Origin: Malacoraja senta
Lineage: Eukaryota
Assembly: GCA_038087875.1 (NCBI GenBank)
Contig: CM075998.1
Location: 3,660,001 to 3,724,000 of the forward strand
Direction of reading: 5' to 3'
DNA length: 64,000 nucleotides
The position numbers and the translations under genes were made by a program. Under the pieces are notes generated by a model. The model was not told the origin of the DNA. It saw only the letters and a program-made list of their open reading frames with translations, and made no database searches. This document shows, piece after piece, positions 62,603 through 64,000 of the stretch (position 1 is the stretch's first letter; every line of letters starts with the position of its first letter).

Positions 62603-62904
62603 CTTTTGAAACATTTGAAACATCTGTGCCTCTTGTGGTCCAGGGATTTAAGTCTTTCCTCAACACGTCTAAATGACAGTTAGAATTCAGACTGACAAGT
62701 TCAAAGCTAAGCGCACAATTAGATTTCATCTCAGGGTGGGAGCAGTGTAGCAGTAGAACGGCCCAAGGCTACATGTCCAAGTCTTCAGGGAAATGTGTTC
62801 CACGCTGCACAGGTTCACAACAACAGGGACACATTTACATCTCCTGACTGATATTAGAACAGTTTAGTTGCTGCATTTCTCATTTATTTAGCTTTGCATA
62901 ATAA

Positions 62905-63645
62905 TGCTATTTTTTTTTTAATTTCTCTCTCGTTTATTATATTGTTTAGCTGTGTATATGTGTGGGGGGGGGGGTGTGGGGGATACCGTTATTCTCTTCC
63001 CTGACTTTTTTCCCTGCTGGGTCTCCAGTGTCGTTGGGCCTAACATCGTGGAGCCGGTGGCGGCCTCTAACCGGAACCGACCTGAGGGCTCCGGTCGTGG
63101 AGCCTGCAGACTCGCCATCGCGGAGCTGGCCGACTTCGGAGCGGGAGGAGCTGTGGTGGCCCGCGGCTGCAACCCGACTTCGGAGCTTCGGAGGCTCCGG
63201 CCGCAGGCCCGGTGGACGGCAACATCGGGAGCTCGCAGGTCCCTGGTGGGAGACCACCTTTCGGAGCTCCCGCAATGGCAACTTCTCCCGCCAGAATCGC
63301 GGGGTTTAAATGACGGAGCGGGGAATAACATCGCCAGGCGCGGCTTAAACGGCCGCGGGACTTACCATCGCCCGCCTGGGGCTTTAACATCGGGAGCCCC
63401 AGTTCGCCTCGACGCTGCAGTTGGACTGCTGGACCGCGGGAGAAGAACAAAGGGAAGAGATAAGACTTTTGCCTTCCATCACAGTGAGGAGGTGTTGGAG
63501 ATCCACTGTGATGGATGTTTGTGTAAATTGTGTTAAGTGTGGGTCTTGTTTTTTTTTGTAATGTTAAGACTGTAGAAAATGCAATTTCGTTCAAACCAAG
63601 CTGTTTGAATGACAATAAAAGGCATTCTATTCTATTCTATTCTAT
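62905..63645 (+). mobile_element. GC-rich non-autonomous retroposon
   Basis: Same stem-loop; GACAATAAA-(ATTCT)n tail. Confidence 0.72.
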
Positions 63646-64000
63646 CAAACAGTGCTCTAGCAATCTCTCCTCCAGAAATATTAGACAATTTAATTGACTT
63701 TTAACTCATTACATTATTGTTATCCCTCTATTCAGAGTCACAGCACTGGTTCCTCATTCACTTCGCTCATGTTCTATTTGTCGCTGAAGGAAACCCATCT
63801 GAGCATTGTCAATCACAGAACGTGTCCCTTTCAATCCTTGCAATTCGCATGCCAAAATTACATCTTGATGGGAACGAGAGAGAGAAGTTGAATTCATTTG
63901 TTCTGAGCAATCACCAGCCCGTTAATGGAAATCTATACTTAGAGCAGGGACATAATGTAAAATCCCAAATGGCGTGCGGAAAATACGAAAATCATCCCAT

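Noticed and set aside
62195..63615. Long overlapping ORFs up to 194 aa
   Set aside because: Same GC-rich retroposon family; no protein motif

Overview
Eukaryotic, repeat-rich DNA, most likely from a cartilaginous fish (skate/ray), inferred from HE1-like tRNA-SINEs and abundant CR1 LINEs. The window holds two convergent multi-exon genes reconstructed by hand from splice sites and reading-frame phase. (1) os9 (ER lectin OS-9, + strand, 7778-38914) has 15 coding exons; most of exon 2 is lost in a 200-N gap. (2) tac3 (tachykinin 3, - strand, ~53250 to ~44610) is almost invisible in the ORF track and encodes two amidated tachykinins: an NKF/NKB-related 14-mer FYDGLSYDGFVGLM and a neurokinin B variant DLDDFFVGLM. 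It has a GC-AG intron and an NKB exon enclosed by inverted SINEs. The rest is mobile DNA: CR1 and Rex1/Babar LINE fragments, tRNA-SINEs, Deu-type SINE relics, GC-rich non-autonomous retroposons with a conserved stem-loop, palindromic MITEs, a bipartite RTE derivative, and many short Penelope-derived insertions carrying a minimal hammerhead-ribozyme core, one arm of which is amplified into two 66-bp tandem arrays. No CRISPR, rRNA or genuine tRNA genes were found. Repeat boundaries are approximate, and family names come from recalled motifs, not database searches.
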